This document shows positions 10,201-17,683 of a stretch of DNA of 64,000 nt, in pieces. The notes below the pieces were generated by a model, which did not search any database, was not told the origin of the DNA, and was given only the letters and a program-made list of their open reading frames with translations. Source of the stretch: a virus; the IMG/VR virus record IMGVR_UViG_3300010403_000002, positions 12,216 through 76,215 of that record; one strand, 5' to 3'. Each line of letters begins with the position of its first letter. The first letter of the stretch is position 1. The translations under genes and the position numbers were made by a program.

Positions 10201-10420
10201 CGCAGATGCACCGACCTACAAGGCTGCGCCGGACGAAGAGAAGAAGGCCATGTTGGGCTTGCTCGGCGAGCGGCTCAAGGATGCGAGCAATGAAGTAGAG
10301 CCAGACCGCGCCAAGCTGGAGCCAGACCGCATTCAGAGCGACGCTGAAGCGGCAGAGGCTAGGCGACGGAAGAAAGCGGCGAGTGAGCGGGGAAGGCTGC
10401 GGTATCAGCCGGAGCGGTGA
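4268..10420 (+). CDS. Giant internal virion/ejection (large polyvalent) protein with N-terminal M15-like Zn peptidase
   Basis: 2050 aa. N-terminal TVTSTNR...SAHYDNRAIDV...PHLHLE matches the H-x6-D...HxH pattern of M15-type peptidoglycan peptidases. C-terminal DPDFLKLRVGNKVYDLSAG region recalls LPD38-like domains. Confidence 0.7.
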   Translation: MPQDAFAQWRAERRKTGKPAPAPTPLDDLTEFARARGATVTSTNRGRHNPGSAHYDNRAIDVRTRDRSPAEVEALMNDAESSGYAVRDERQRPSGQQVWGGPHLHLEAQEPPDDFAQWRAERQRPQPRNEPQIGPRVAQPATATDPFERQQPVSIGGRPLVTPTQPVKLPAVNLREARRQARDFTVPPELQSPTPEQFQNELQATRIQREQARQAYVAQQQAKVAGQGRLAEAGTRFARSAAKSTVAPLEMIAASQPTEIGEEAVRRASGLPQLDTALDEYLPVDPSKRMTANPLDPDFYSVTIPEVAGNVVPMIATGKVLPGGLASRLGATATGMMQAGGQGYREARESGATREQAQRHAGAEGVIATTEMLGGQAALGSAVRPVAREVAKDIAKDVGQEAYQQWLSNLNAADYSKIDPQRGEFEDVPVSAVGGALVSGGMNAAHAGAQRFAGNRAQARDTATVQQEPLAPPQMQRTGQLRPTQVVPRAQLEMAARQGTAPQAAPQAAPGAEENPLEAFLRERTGKLAEVAPAAEVEKPLSAIARRKLAQEQTLRERQTQAQQSNMDAADQRAEMLRRGDLAGAADLLAGELEVIGTQLKDARKLGDVEMQRRLVVSRQAAERQYDELQAQIKQQQRAVRPVAPPKAARPPRVPPSAENEPPQVQQRANAPTAEAPQQSGKLLRSVVNPEGGVPVVQRATPSFENLAEREGRREFNSEELEGNRNLWQFVKKQGGVQRSVANRGELSYLVGREGGAPGVVSDAGLPVDEMRRYANEAGFGPYETEDDFLQALRRGRNEFSNARRVSRSLADEEEAYYRQKGSAAMEAPESPSPLSQWEVRRQAAEDKAVDLRQRMMDVNDQLTQVAVGRARLSDSEQERLQHDHIYLKQQYAEAQQRLRDLEQAEPGEHSPHMQQEAESLAGVVFTPSKPAEQMTRAEWEAQPADWKRKNDHELAIIKALKHGQSVPGEVLAGYPRLKARYAALLQPAEVKPPTAPLDSAYRKLGTEDAQSISDLYARADDVHRRSSTPEERARAQQARELVGSLTEAERRAVAEVLPERRFSPVKEADQPNYGRAVQDIALDEANPQELANFESVANFFDEMAKGSAALTQDEHAAARQQLERAAELHAETITPEQRRIATGLNVLLTSTKGDAVRFRQLYDKLHEGELTRNEAYTLKDIGKQYGLAAVYLDHIIAEGGRRRADTAAASSRAERPVELRREATTGQPVERPANASAQPASGERGRNTIARQGAANAPEVVGETSTTEANPASQPLPQEQRTVVHDNPTIHGKPIVAETADGRVIVPNEANKSGVSVVKDQSGNLPEQGAAFGVRQSGFPDGSWYVTDQHGEIVRFGVPMGELPRRFKTSEAAFKAGEKWVKQQDKIRAGQKEGPASHPDAAFIESVIREQGGEMPRANLIRESGLVRSRANPALAALKAEGRVVEENGKLRLVKTQDIIPSARQPGAEGQSGQPVLNKRNPEAGAVRLGGPPRIPPNFDLTKHATDIAARMKRERRSKAEMAQAVQLLRHLEAAQKANDAAAFQAAHSQLRTHVEGGPVKRAVATGGEVLNFARSLMLTGDLPHMRQGLFLTVPPRYWKQATTDTVEALHNVRDATFKAFRKMLENAPAAKLGTKYDLYLASNGMAEENFASKWAHKFFLTRKVEQVYASYLDLRRIDAFERAARRILRNTKLGAEEKETALRDAARAINILSGRGQVGETVESAIPLLNKILLAPRYTISRLQIPTLLQPQKPGYRDAVRDLAETSAVLLSLGGLAVAAGVASTSLDYDDPDFLKLRVGNKVYDLSAGLAPVAKIAAQVSEWAWSQRPSETRRERKRVSEETVSDLARFSRGKLSPAASLMADALSDWTNMAGEKVTPTKAVLDRVIPLILRDTANAWQAEGPVGAAEIFLPAELGVGTAVYPQSPLRQSALAGDLRRFDLPRGNLYQKAGEPKETFKERQQAYGEMSREFARKLADAPTYKAAPDEEKKAMLGLLGERLKDASNEVEPDRAKLEPDRIQSDAEAAEARRRKKAASERGRLRYQPER

Positions 10421-10441
10421 GCTATTATCTGTCGGGAAGGT

Positions 10442-10708
10442 TTAGGATACGCCCTTACCATCTATCTCATCGGCCACAGGCCGCATTCGCCGATGCTCGG
10501 CAAATAGTGTTATGGCGTGCTCCCAACGCAGTGAGGGGCCGATATGAAAACCAAAGCCACATGTCGTGCAGACGTATTCGGTATAGCCTTTTTCTTTGTG
10601 CAATGATTTACGGTAGGTATCCAACGACAGAGAGGCAACGCCGCACGCTGGGCAGTAGGCGAGTCGGGCAAACTTGCTGGTTTTGGATTCTTTCGTATAA
10701 TGCGACAT
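10442..10708 (-). CDS. Zinc-ribbon hypothetical protein
   Basis: CPAC...CTTC motifs; last gene of the leftward block. Confidence 0.5.
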   Translation of the reverse strand: MSHYTKESKTSKFARLAYCPACGVASLSLDTYRKSLHKEKGYTEYVCTTCGFGFHIGPSLRWEHAITLFAEHRRMRPVADEIDGKGVS

Positions 10709-10711
10709 TCC

Positions 10712-11218
10712 TTAGTCCCACCATCCGCGTAGGTGCTTCTTCAGCATCCTGCCAAGATAATCAATGTCCTGCTGTGCTAAATACTCAGCATGCTGCCAGA
10801 CATAAGTCCGCCGGCGCGATGACCATTGCGGGTAGGCTGCGTGCTCGTATCCCGCCAACTCCGGATAATCATCAGCTTCAAGTCTACGGCATAACTCTGA
10901 CACGATAAGTAGCTGCTTGGCGCTGCGCTCCGAGCTGGTCACCTTGCCGTGCTTTTGATGATGCGTTGCCATTAATCGTGCGGCGGTTGAGAGCATATCC
11001 ATCAGCGGAGCATAGTCACAAGTATCAAAGTGCCAGACAACGGAACGGAAACGCCAGCAGTTGCGCAGGCCCACATACAAACACCAAAGCCGCCAGCGCA
11101 TAGCTGCATAAGGACGCCACCCTTCATGGTTGAATCCGAGTAGACGGCGCAGCTTGAGCCTCAGCGAGCGCCACTGTGTTGGCTTGCTTCTGGTGATTAT
11201 CTCTACCGTTTTTTCCAT
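10712..11218 (-). CDS. Hypothetical phage protein
   Basis: 168-aa ORF ending ...LRGWWD, a C-terminus I recall from other phage hypothetical proteins; abuts the downstream gene. Confidence 0.5.
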   Translation of the reverse strand: MEKTVEIITRSKPTQWRSLRLKLRRLLGFNHEGWRPYAAMRWRLWCLYVGLRNCWRFRSVVWHFDTCDYAPLMDMLSTAARLMATHHQKHGKVTSSERSAKQLLIVSELCRRLEADDYPELAGYEHAAYPQWSSRRRTYVWQHAEYLAQQDIDYLGRMLKKHLRGWWD

Positions 11219-11561
11219 CTTTCATCCTTTTAAGTTGCAGTTCGTTGCGCTCCCGATTGCACTGCACGCAGCTTGCCACCAGATTCTCCGCTGTAGAATT
11301 GCCGCCTAACGCGTGCGGAAACAGGTGGTCAGTAGTAGCCTGATACGCCGTGATGGTTTGCCCCTCGCCGTCCACATAGCGGAATTGTCGGCCAAGATCA
11401 CATAACCCGCGCCGCCGATTTTTACGCACGGAGGCCACTGTCTTGATGATCCGTCCGCACCAAAAGCAGCGATCACGCTGCATCATCAGCAGGAAATCGA
11501 GGTGACGCCGAGCTGTCAGGCGTTCATGGCGAACCTGTTTGCTGCTGCAATGGACTGTCAT
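11124..11561 (-). CDS. HNH endonuclease
   Basis: CFWCG...TTDHLFPHALGGNSTAENLVASCVQCN. Start moved to ATG 11561, just downstream of an extended -10 TGcTATATT (11571-11579, minus). Confidence 0.8.
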   Translation of the reverse strand: MTVHCSSKQVRHERLTARRHLDFLLMMQRDRCFWCGRIIKTVASVRKNRRRGLCDLGRQFRYVDGEGQTITAYQATTDHLFPHALGGNSTAENLVASCVQCNRERNELQLKRMKDGKNGRDNHQKQANTVALAEAQAAPSTRIQP

Positions 11562-11738
11562 AACAATGTGAATATAGCACAGGATGCCCGTCTTTATTGA
11601 TCGAAATGCGCCTTGTCTATGGTAAAATACTGTCCACATCGAGGACGCACACAGCAGTGAGGCCGTCCGATCAGCAAGCTTGCGGGCTAGATCGTGAGCC
11701 GGGGTAGTTTGACAAAGTAAAACGAGCACGATACGCCG

Positions 11739-11792
11739 AAGGCCGTCAGGAAGAAAGCAAACTTACTGCTTAATCCTGACGGCCTTTCGTTT
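11739..11792 (+). terminator. Intrinsic terminator-like hairpin
   Basis: 13-bp perfect stem AAGGCCGTCAGGA (11739-11751)/TCCTGACGGCCTT (11774-11786), followed by TCGTTT. Confidence 0.5.
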
Positions 11793-11859
11793 GCCGCGAG
11801 CCAGATAAATGGCATAGGCAGGTGTCTAAGCTACCTCGCGACGTTGCGCAGAATACGCC

Positions 11860-11888
11860 TTGACTCAGCCGAACGCAAGCCAGATAAT
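11860..11888 (+). promoter_or_regulatory. Sigma70-type promoter driving the large ncRNA
   Basis: TTGACT (11860-11865)-N17-GATAAT (11883-11888); the same hexamers and spacing occur at the cro promoter. Confidence 0.7.
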
Positions 11889-11894
11889 GCGTCC

Positions 11895-12490
11895 CGTCTA
11901 AGCTAATCAGATGACTATGGCGATCACACTGCCAAAACTGAATAACTTGACCGCGCTGGCGCGGCGATACCTTTGTGTCTGCCCGTTGGCGTGTTTATGG
12001 CTCTTGAAGTCTGAGCAATGAGCAGTTGCATACTGCGCGGTTGGGGTGGAAGGCGAGATCACCGAGAAATCAAGCCTCCGGCGGTTTGCGAGTCTTGCGC
12101 TTCGGCGCTTTCACTCGCAGACGCCAGCCGAACGGGGAAGCCACCCGGTCAGGTTCAGCGCGAGATTCAACCGGAGCGATAATCCGGCCAAGCGGGCGCG
12201 CTGAGTATTGAAAACTGTTACGACTGCTTAGGCCGTTCCTCTGGCGTTATGCTCGCCAGAGTCTTCCCGGGCAACGCCGTGCTACTAGATGCACTCACCG
12301 CCGCCTGCGTCCCGGTTGCAACTTGGTCTCTTGAAAGAATCGGCTAAGGTGGTACGGATAGCCTGTGAAATATCGGCAAAGCGGCTCAGACGGGAAGCTT
12401 CTCCACACTCGTAAGGTAAGACCAAGCGGGAAGGGCGGCGTTTCTCTACATGTGATTATTGCGGTGGTAACGGAATCTCAGCCGGGAACT
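11895..12490 (+). ncRNA. Large structured non-coding RNA, GOLLD/ROOL-like candidate
   Basis: ~600 nt with no credible ORF behind a strong promoter; many local and long-range helices, a cUUCGg tetraloop, and a terminal CGG-AATCTCAG-CCG hairpin (12471-12484). Confidence 0.6.
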
Positions 12491-12509
12491 CATCAGCCGG
12501 CCTCCTTCC

Positions 12510-12980
12510 TTATTCGTCCTCTACGGAAAGACCGAGCGCGCTACACGCAGCCAGCGCAATCTGTTCGGGCGTGGCAGGTAAGAAGATGCCCACATCCATA
12601 CAACTCAATACGTAATCAAAAATCTTTTGCTGTCCCACCCGACCTAGCCCTAGGGCGTGGTAAAGTTCGCCAAAGAAGCGCAGCCAAACTTGATGGGCTG
12701 CGTCTGCTGGGTCTGAGGTACGCGGGTACAACCACGCAACCAACTTAGCCGCCGCTTCTCGGTCGGTAAAGAAGGCGGGCACTATCTGAGGGTACATCTG
12801 GTCTGGCGGTAATGGCTTAAATAATGCTGACATGCTCGCGCGCAGACGAGCCTGCTCTTGCCACTCCTGATTGTTTGGAGGCAACCCCCAACCTTCGCCC
12901 CATTTGCTGCCAATTTCAGTCCAGCCCATCTTTTGGGCCAGCGCGGCGCACGCTGCTGTTCTGCTTATCTTCTCGCTCAT
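12510..12980 (-). CDS. Hypothetical protein (NinX/ABA-sandwich-like)
   Basis: ALAQKMGW...VPAFFTDREAA...ATPEQIALAAC pattern. Confidence 0.45.
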   Translation of the reverse strand: MSEKISRTAACAALAQKMGWTEIGSKWGEGWGLPPNNQEWQEQARLRASMSALFKPLPPDQMYPQIVPAFFTDREAAAKLVAWLYPRTSDPADAAHQVWLRFFGELYHALGLGRVGQQKIFDYVLSCMDVGIFLPATPEQIALAACSALGLSVEDE

Positions 12981-13208
12981 TCTGCTCCTTTCACTTCACA
13001 CAGGAACTTAGCCTGCCTGGTCTTTTCCTGGCCGCACTTGCAACGATACGTGGCGACGCCTGTCTCTTCGTCGAAGGCGACCAGTTTCTTGAATCTGCAA
13101 ACGTGTCTTCTTTTTCGGGTAGCCATTAGTTTCCTATTGCGGCTCAGCAGGGGAGCCATTATCTGTATTCATCTTTCCAAGCATATCCAGTACGTCCGAT
13201 AATGGCTT

Positions 13209-13679
13209 TTATGTCCCAGCGGCCTCGGTTGTCGGGTCTTGGGACTGCTTAGGTGTCGGGTTCAGGGCAGTGTCAATCCACGATGTGAAGCCATTAGGAT
13301 TAAGGCCCGCGCTCGCCGCCAAATTAGTCAGGCTGTCTTTCGCGCGCCGCAACGCCTCATCCTTCACCGTGATTTGCTGGCGCAGTTCGTCGCGCTCGCG
13401 TTCAAGAGCAAACCGCTGCGCCTCGAGATCGAAAATCTTTGAACGCAAATTACCACCTCGCGCGGGCGTCCTGTCCAGTTCCGCTTTCACGATTGATAGT
13501 TCAGCCCGCAACCGCTCGCACTCCGCCAACTGCTCGGCTTGGGCGGCAAACTCGACGAGCGCATCACGTATCAACTCGCAATAGGACTGACCGAGAAGGA
13601 TGCACGGCGTCTCGCCAAGCAGTTGTATATCCAGATCGGAGCGCAACGTGTTGAGCCTTTTCAGGTCTTCGTCATTCAT
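13209..13679 (-). CDS. Hypothetical coiled-coil protein
   Basis: 156-aa ORF abutting the upstream gene. Confidence 0.45.
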   Translation of the reverse strand: MNDEDLKRLNTLRSDLDIQLLGETPCILLGQSYCELIRDALVEFAAQAEQLAECERLRAELSIVKAELDRTPARGGNLRSKIFDLEAQRFALERERDELRQQITVKDEALRRAKDSLTNLAASAGLNPNGFTSWIDTALNPTPKQSQDPTTEAAGT

Positions 13680-13982
13680 TCACTCCCCCTCTTTCCCGGC
13701 CCGCAATGAGCCGCGCTCGGTCGCCACTTCCATCATTTGACGCAGCTTGCGCTTCTTGGCTTCTATACGGTCACGATCCCCGATAGTGATGGGCAGACCG
13801 AGTTCCTGTAGCAACTCGACCACTCCCAACACATCATCCAACTCGATGGATAGAACCTCCACGTTGCCGCGCCCATCTGGGTACGCACCCTTAACGGCGA
13901 ATCTATTCACCTTGCATGCCGCCTGAATGACCTCGGCGCACTCTTCGTTCAGGCACTCCAATACGTGCTCAATTAGGTTCAT
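13680..13982 (-). CDS. MazG-like nucleotide pyrophosphohydrolase
   Basis: EECAEVIQAACK...ELDDVLGV (EExxE...ExxD) motif in a 100-aa helical protein. Confidence 0.65.
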   Translation of the reverse strand: MNLIEHVLECLNEECAEVIQAACKVNRFAVKGAYPDGRGNVEVLSIELDDVLGVVELLQELGLPITIGDRDRIEAKKRKLRQMMEVATERGSLRAGKEGE

Positions 13983-14303
13983 TTTCCCTCTTTCCCGGCC
14001 CGCGCTTGGCGGGCTTCTGCTGCTTTTCGATCACCTGCAATAGGTAGATCACTTTATCTACAACCTCGCCGACCGGCACGCCCAACGCGAATTGAGCGTG
14101 CGCATCTTTAAGCCACATCGTGGTCGGATTATCTGCAAAGCCCCTTCCCCCGCCGAACGACGGAAACCTGTCGGCAATGAGCTTCACGATGTTTTGACGC
14201 TGTTTTTTAGTTACTCGCATTCCGCGTTCCCTCCCTCGTCTGCCTGTTCCCCTTGTAGTGCGAAGGCCAGCAGACACGCACGCCCACTGGCCCCTTGCGC
14301 CAT

Positions 14304-14951
14304 CTACTGCGCCCTACTCTTCGCAATGTCTGCCTCAAGCTGCGTGGCCAAGCTGTAATCGCCCCGCTCTCTCAACTGCGCGATTTTCTGGTTCAGCCGG
14401 TCATAGCTGACCGGAAGATCAGGCAGTTGATAAGCCACTGCCGGAGCGCCCAACACCACGTTCACCACACGCAAGCCAACCGTGCCGCCGCTGGGCTGCT
14501 TGCCTTCGCTGCTCACTTGCAACCCTAGATGTGGGCTGAAGCAGTTCTTCTGCCACGCCCCCGCAACTGTGCGCTCACCACATGTCACCTTGAACGGCAA
14601 GCCAGGCCAGTCAGCATTCAGGCCACTGCGGCTGTAGGTGGTCGCCGGGTAGCCGAGAAAGTCGAGCACTGCGCTGCCGTCGTGTGTGCGCAACTGGCCG
14701 TGCTGTGGATCAATCCACGTCTTCAGGTTCAACGTAACGGCACCATCCGGCTTTCGATGCTGCTGCGTTTCATAGCTGCGCCCGTCGCCATAGGTAAAGC
14801 GCCGGAACGTTGAAGTGACGACGCCATTGGTGGCGAACTCCACATCCACCGTTGACGGGAGAGCGAACTGCGGCGCGGATTGTGCGCGAGAGATGCGCCA
14901 GCCAACTGCCAGCGCCAACAGACAAATCGAAACAGCGAGCAATTTCTTCAT
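14304..14951 (-). CDS. Exported protein, partner of the Cys-rich peptide
   Basis: RBS AAGGAG; MKKLLAVSICLLALAVGWRISRA-Q signal peptide; beta-rich mature domain. Confidence 0.6.
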   Translation of the reverse strand: MKKLLAVSICLLALAVGWRISRAQSAPQFALPSTVDVEFATNGVVTSTFRRFTYGDGRSYETQQHRKPDGAVTLNLKTWIDPQHGQLRTHDGSAVLDFLGYPATTYSRSGLNADWPGLPFKVTCGERTVAGAWQKNCFSPHLGLQVSSEGKQPSGGTVGLRVVNVVLGAPAVAYQLPDLPVSYDRLNQKIAQLRERGDYSLATQLEADIAKSRAQ

Positions 14952-14986
14952 GGGTAATCTCCTTGTGTTAGTTGTTACAGGTGAGG

Positions 14987-15244
14987 CTAGGTGAGTATAC
15001 ATCCGGGGCAGGTGCTACAGCACCCCATTGTGTTCCAGCCGGGCGTTCCCTCACCGCAGTCATAAGACATCACCTCGCAGCCTTCTGCCAGGGAGCAGCA
15101 GCCGGAACAGAAGGTGGACATATACCGGCAACCCGCTGGCGGCGCCGGAAAGCTGCAATCGGCGTATTGTGGTGCGGTAAACCACACCAGCGCCGCGCAG
15201 AGTAGCAAGGCGAGTGAGAGGAAAAACGTTTTGTTCAACTTCAT
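14987..15244 (-). CDS. Exported cysteine-rich peptide
   Basis: RBS AAAGGAG; ~28-aa signal peptide, then 57 aa containing 11 Cys. Confidence 0.65.
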   Translation of the reverse strand: MKLNKTFFLSLALLLCAALVWFTAPQYADCSFPAPPAGCRYMSTFCSGCCSLAEGCEVMSYDCGEGTPGWNTMGCCSTCPGCILT

Positions 15245-15304
15245 TGAGTGATTCTCCTTTTCGGGTTTTGAGTTAATCGGGGCTACTAAGATCGCTTAGC
15301 AGCG

Positions 15305-15718
15305 CTATTGCGCGTTCCGTCCAGGTCGTTTCTTCTTCAGCTTTCCTTGATACAACCGACAGCCACACGGCTCGGCGTACACACACTTGCCAACCTGCAC
15401 TTTGGTTATCTCAACTTTGTGAGTCGGGCAGATGTCGTTCTTGATGTCTTCGAAGTGCGCTTTGATCACGGCCAGTGTGCGCGCCTCGTCTGCTTCTTCC
15501 TCTTCTTTAGTGGGATAAGAAGCTTCAGTACAACACAGCCTGGCCATCACTTCTTCGCCCAGCGGCAAGCCGTGCGGTATACATGGATAAGCCAACGCGT
15601 ACATTGGAGCGACAACGCCATGATCAGTTGGTTGCGCGACGGATTCATAAGGAATGCCTTTGTCGCACGTCTTGTTAGCTGTGCCGTTGAAATGGCGGCA
15701 GGTGGTTGTTTTGAGCAT
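15305..15718 (-). CDS. Cys-rich hypothetical protein
   Basis: CRHFNG...C...CPTH...CGCRLYQG motifs. Confidence 0.5.
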   Translation of the reverse strand: MLKTTTCRHFNGTANKTCDKGIPYESVAQPTDHGVVAPMYALAYPCIPHGLPLGEEVMARLCCTEASYPTKEEEEADEARTLAVIKAHFEDIKNDICPTHKVEITKVQVGKCVYAEPCGCRLYQGKLKKKRPGRNAQ

Positions 15719-16738
15719 TAGGCGTCCTCCGTAAGCTGGGCAATCAATGCCTCAAGCGTGAGAATGCAAAAGCAGGCGGCAAGGTGAACTCTGTAATCAT
15801 GCTCCCCGGCTAGCGCGATTAGCTCAGCGTCGCCTGCTAGGTCTATGGGCCACAGTAGATTCATCGGCATCTTCCCGGTCGGAATACCCCAATGCATTCC
15901 ATAGATCATTAGTTCACCTCTCTGCTTTCGGTTGGCACGTCGGGCAGTTCCCTACTGCCCACACCCCGCACTCCGCGCACACGATCACGCCCGGTAGTAA
16001 CAGAGCGAGGCCGTGTGCGGTTGCTTGCTGTCTGACCGCTAAGCCGTCTTGTCGAGCCTGACTGGTAGCCTGCTGCAAGATGCTCAGCGAAGCCTCTAAG
16101 TCTATCGGCCTCGTCCCGGCTCTGTTGGTGACGACCTTTGCCGCGTCGCCAGGCGAGTCGTCTTTCGACGGCGGGGGTAAGCTTCCCGCCTGGCCTAATA
16201 ACTCGCTCTCTAACGAAGCGGAGCACATATCTGTAGTTTCCGCGTCCATCCTTTTCAACCCTCCATAATTCAGCCCAAGCATCATCTTCGGGTATTTGAT
16301 TTTCTGCTTTATTGTTCCAAATAACCGACAGGTCTAAGTCTTCTGTTTCCAATGTGATGATTTGCCCGGTGATTTCATCGGGTATTTGCCTGATTACATC
16401 CCCGCCATCTGCCAGAGTAGTTGAAATACCCTCAAGCCTAGCGCCAGGCATATAATCGCCATCACCCAATGCTCCCATGATGTTTTCACCGCGGGTGGCT
16501 GGTAAAAGGGACGCAGGCATCCCATCACATAGCCCACCAGTGCGATTAGTAAGAGTGTCGCTTTTAGTCCTGTGTCCATTGCCTTCCTTGCTCAGCCCAG
16601 AGACCAGAAGAGCGCCCGTATCATTCCTATTACAGCCAGTACCGCCGCCAAGATCAGCAACTCTCCCAGTAGTTTGTTTTGCTCGTCGTCCATCCTGGTC
16701 TCCTTCCGCCTCACCCCCAGCATCAGGAATGAGGCGCG

Positions 16739-17371
16739 TTAATTTGGGCGCTGGCCCTCCCTCTCTTCTCCATTGATGTACTGCGGCAGCGGCTCAGTGT
16801 GCCGCTCTCCCGCTCTCCCGCTCTCCCGCTTCCCTACTCCGGCCTGTGCGACCGGTTGCCGCCGTGAAGCAACCGCAAAGATCACCATCGCCGAAGCCAA
16901 TTCAAGGAAGGCGAGCAGCGCAGCATTGACCGCCACGTCATCACCGAACATCCGGTCGAGCGGGGTAGCCTCGCGTGCGCTCATCCCGATCTGGCGCGCG
17001 ATGGCTTTGCTCGATGCCCTGGCCGCCGCCGCCATCCCAGCTTCGTACTTGCGCACCTGGGCAGAGTTGAAGGACTCGACGCCGGCAGCGCGCACGCCGT
17101 TGTACGCGAGATAGCCAGCGTTGGCGGAGCAGATGACCGCGAGCACGACCTTCATGAAAGTCTCACCAGGCGTCTCGACGTGGAACAGGTAGAGCGCGGC
17201 GAGTCCCGCAATCGCTGCCGAGACCGCCACCCAGACGCCAAGCTGCGCACCGTAGACCCACCACGCGGCAACGCTGATGCCGCCGACGAGCAGCGTGTAG
17301 ATCAGCAGGAATACCACCCAATCAAACAGTGTTCTGCGGTTGTCACTCACTTGTTTCCTCTCCGGCACCAT
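16739..17371 (-). CDS. Multi-pass membrane protein
   Basis: At least four hydrophobic segments; followed by two short TM ORFs (16592-16693, 16394-16579). Confidence 0.5.
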   Translation of the reverse strand: MVPERKQVSDNRRTLFDWVVFLLIYTLLVGGISVAAWWVYGAQLGVWVAVSAAIAGLAALYLFHVETPGETFMKVVLAVICSANAGYLAYNGVRAAGVESFNSAQVRKYEAGMAAAARASSKAIARQIGMSAREATPLDRMFGDDVAVNAALLAFLELASAMVIFAVASRRQPVAQAGVGKRESGRAGERHTEPLPQYINGEEREGQRPN

Positions 17372-17683
17372 GGTTGTTGTTAGTCTTGCTTTGGCGCGAA
17401 CTTGCGCGGAAACGGTAAATCCCAATTGTCTACGACCCGTTGCCAGTCCAGATCGTCAGCCTCGGCATCGGCCTGTCCGACGCGGAGAACGCTAGCGAAT
17501 TGCTCTTGAATGTGCGGCAGCAACATCGCCTCTTTGGGGAACATTCCAGCAGACGGCAAGCTTAAGAAAACGCTCGTTACCGCGCACTCCAGGCACATGC
17601 CGTTGTCTGATTTGCGCACCGGTCGCGCTTGCTGGTTGCCGGTTTTTTCGGCTACGCATTGCTTGCCACAGCGCGGGCAGTTT

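Noticed and set aside
4386-10298. Many 60-230 aa ORFs overlapping the giant gene and other long genes
   Set aside because: Expected shadow ORFs in GC-rich DNA; no RBS, motifs or codon-bias support.
11124-12490. HNH plus large RNA as an IscB/HEARO (OMEGA) RNA-guided system
   Set aside because: The HNH is ~145 aa with no RuvC or PLMP motif and is transcribed away from the RNA; adjacency alone is not evidence.
12026-12748. Plus-strand ORFs 12026-12211 and 12365-12748
   Set aside because: No RBS or protein-like features; they overlap RNA helices and an antisense gene.
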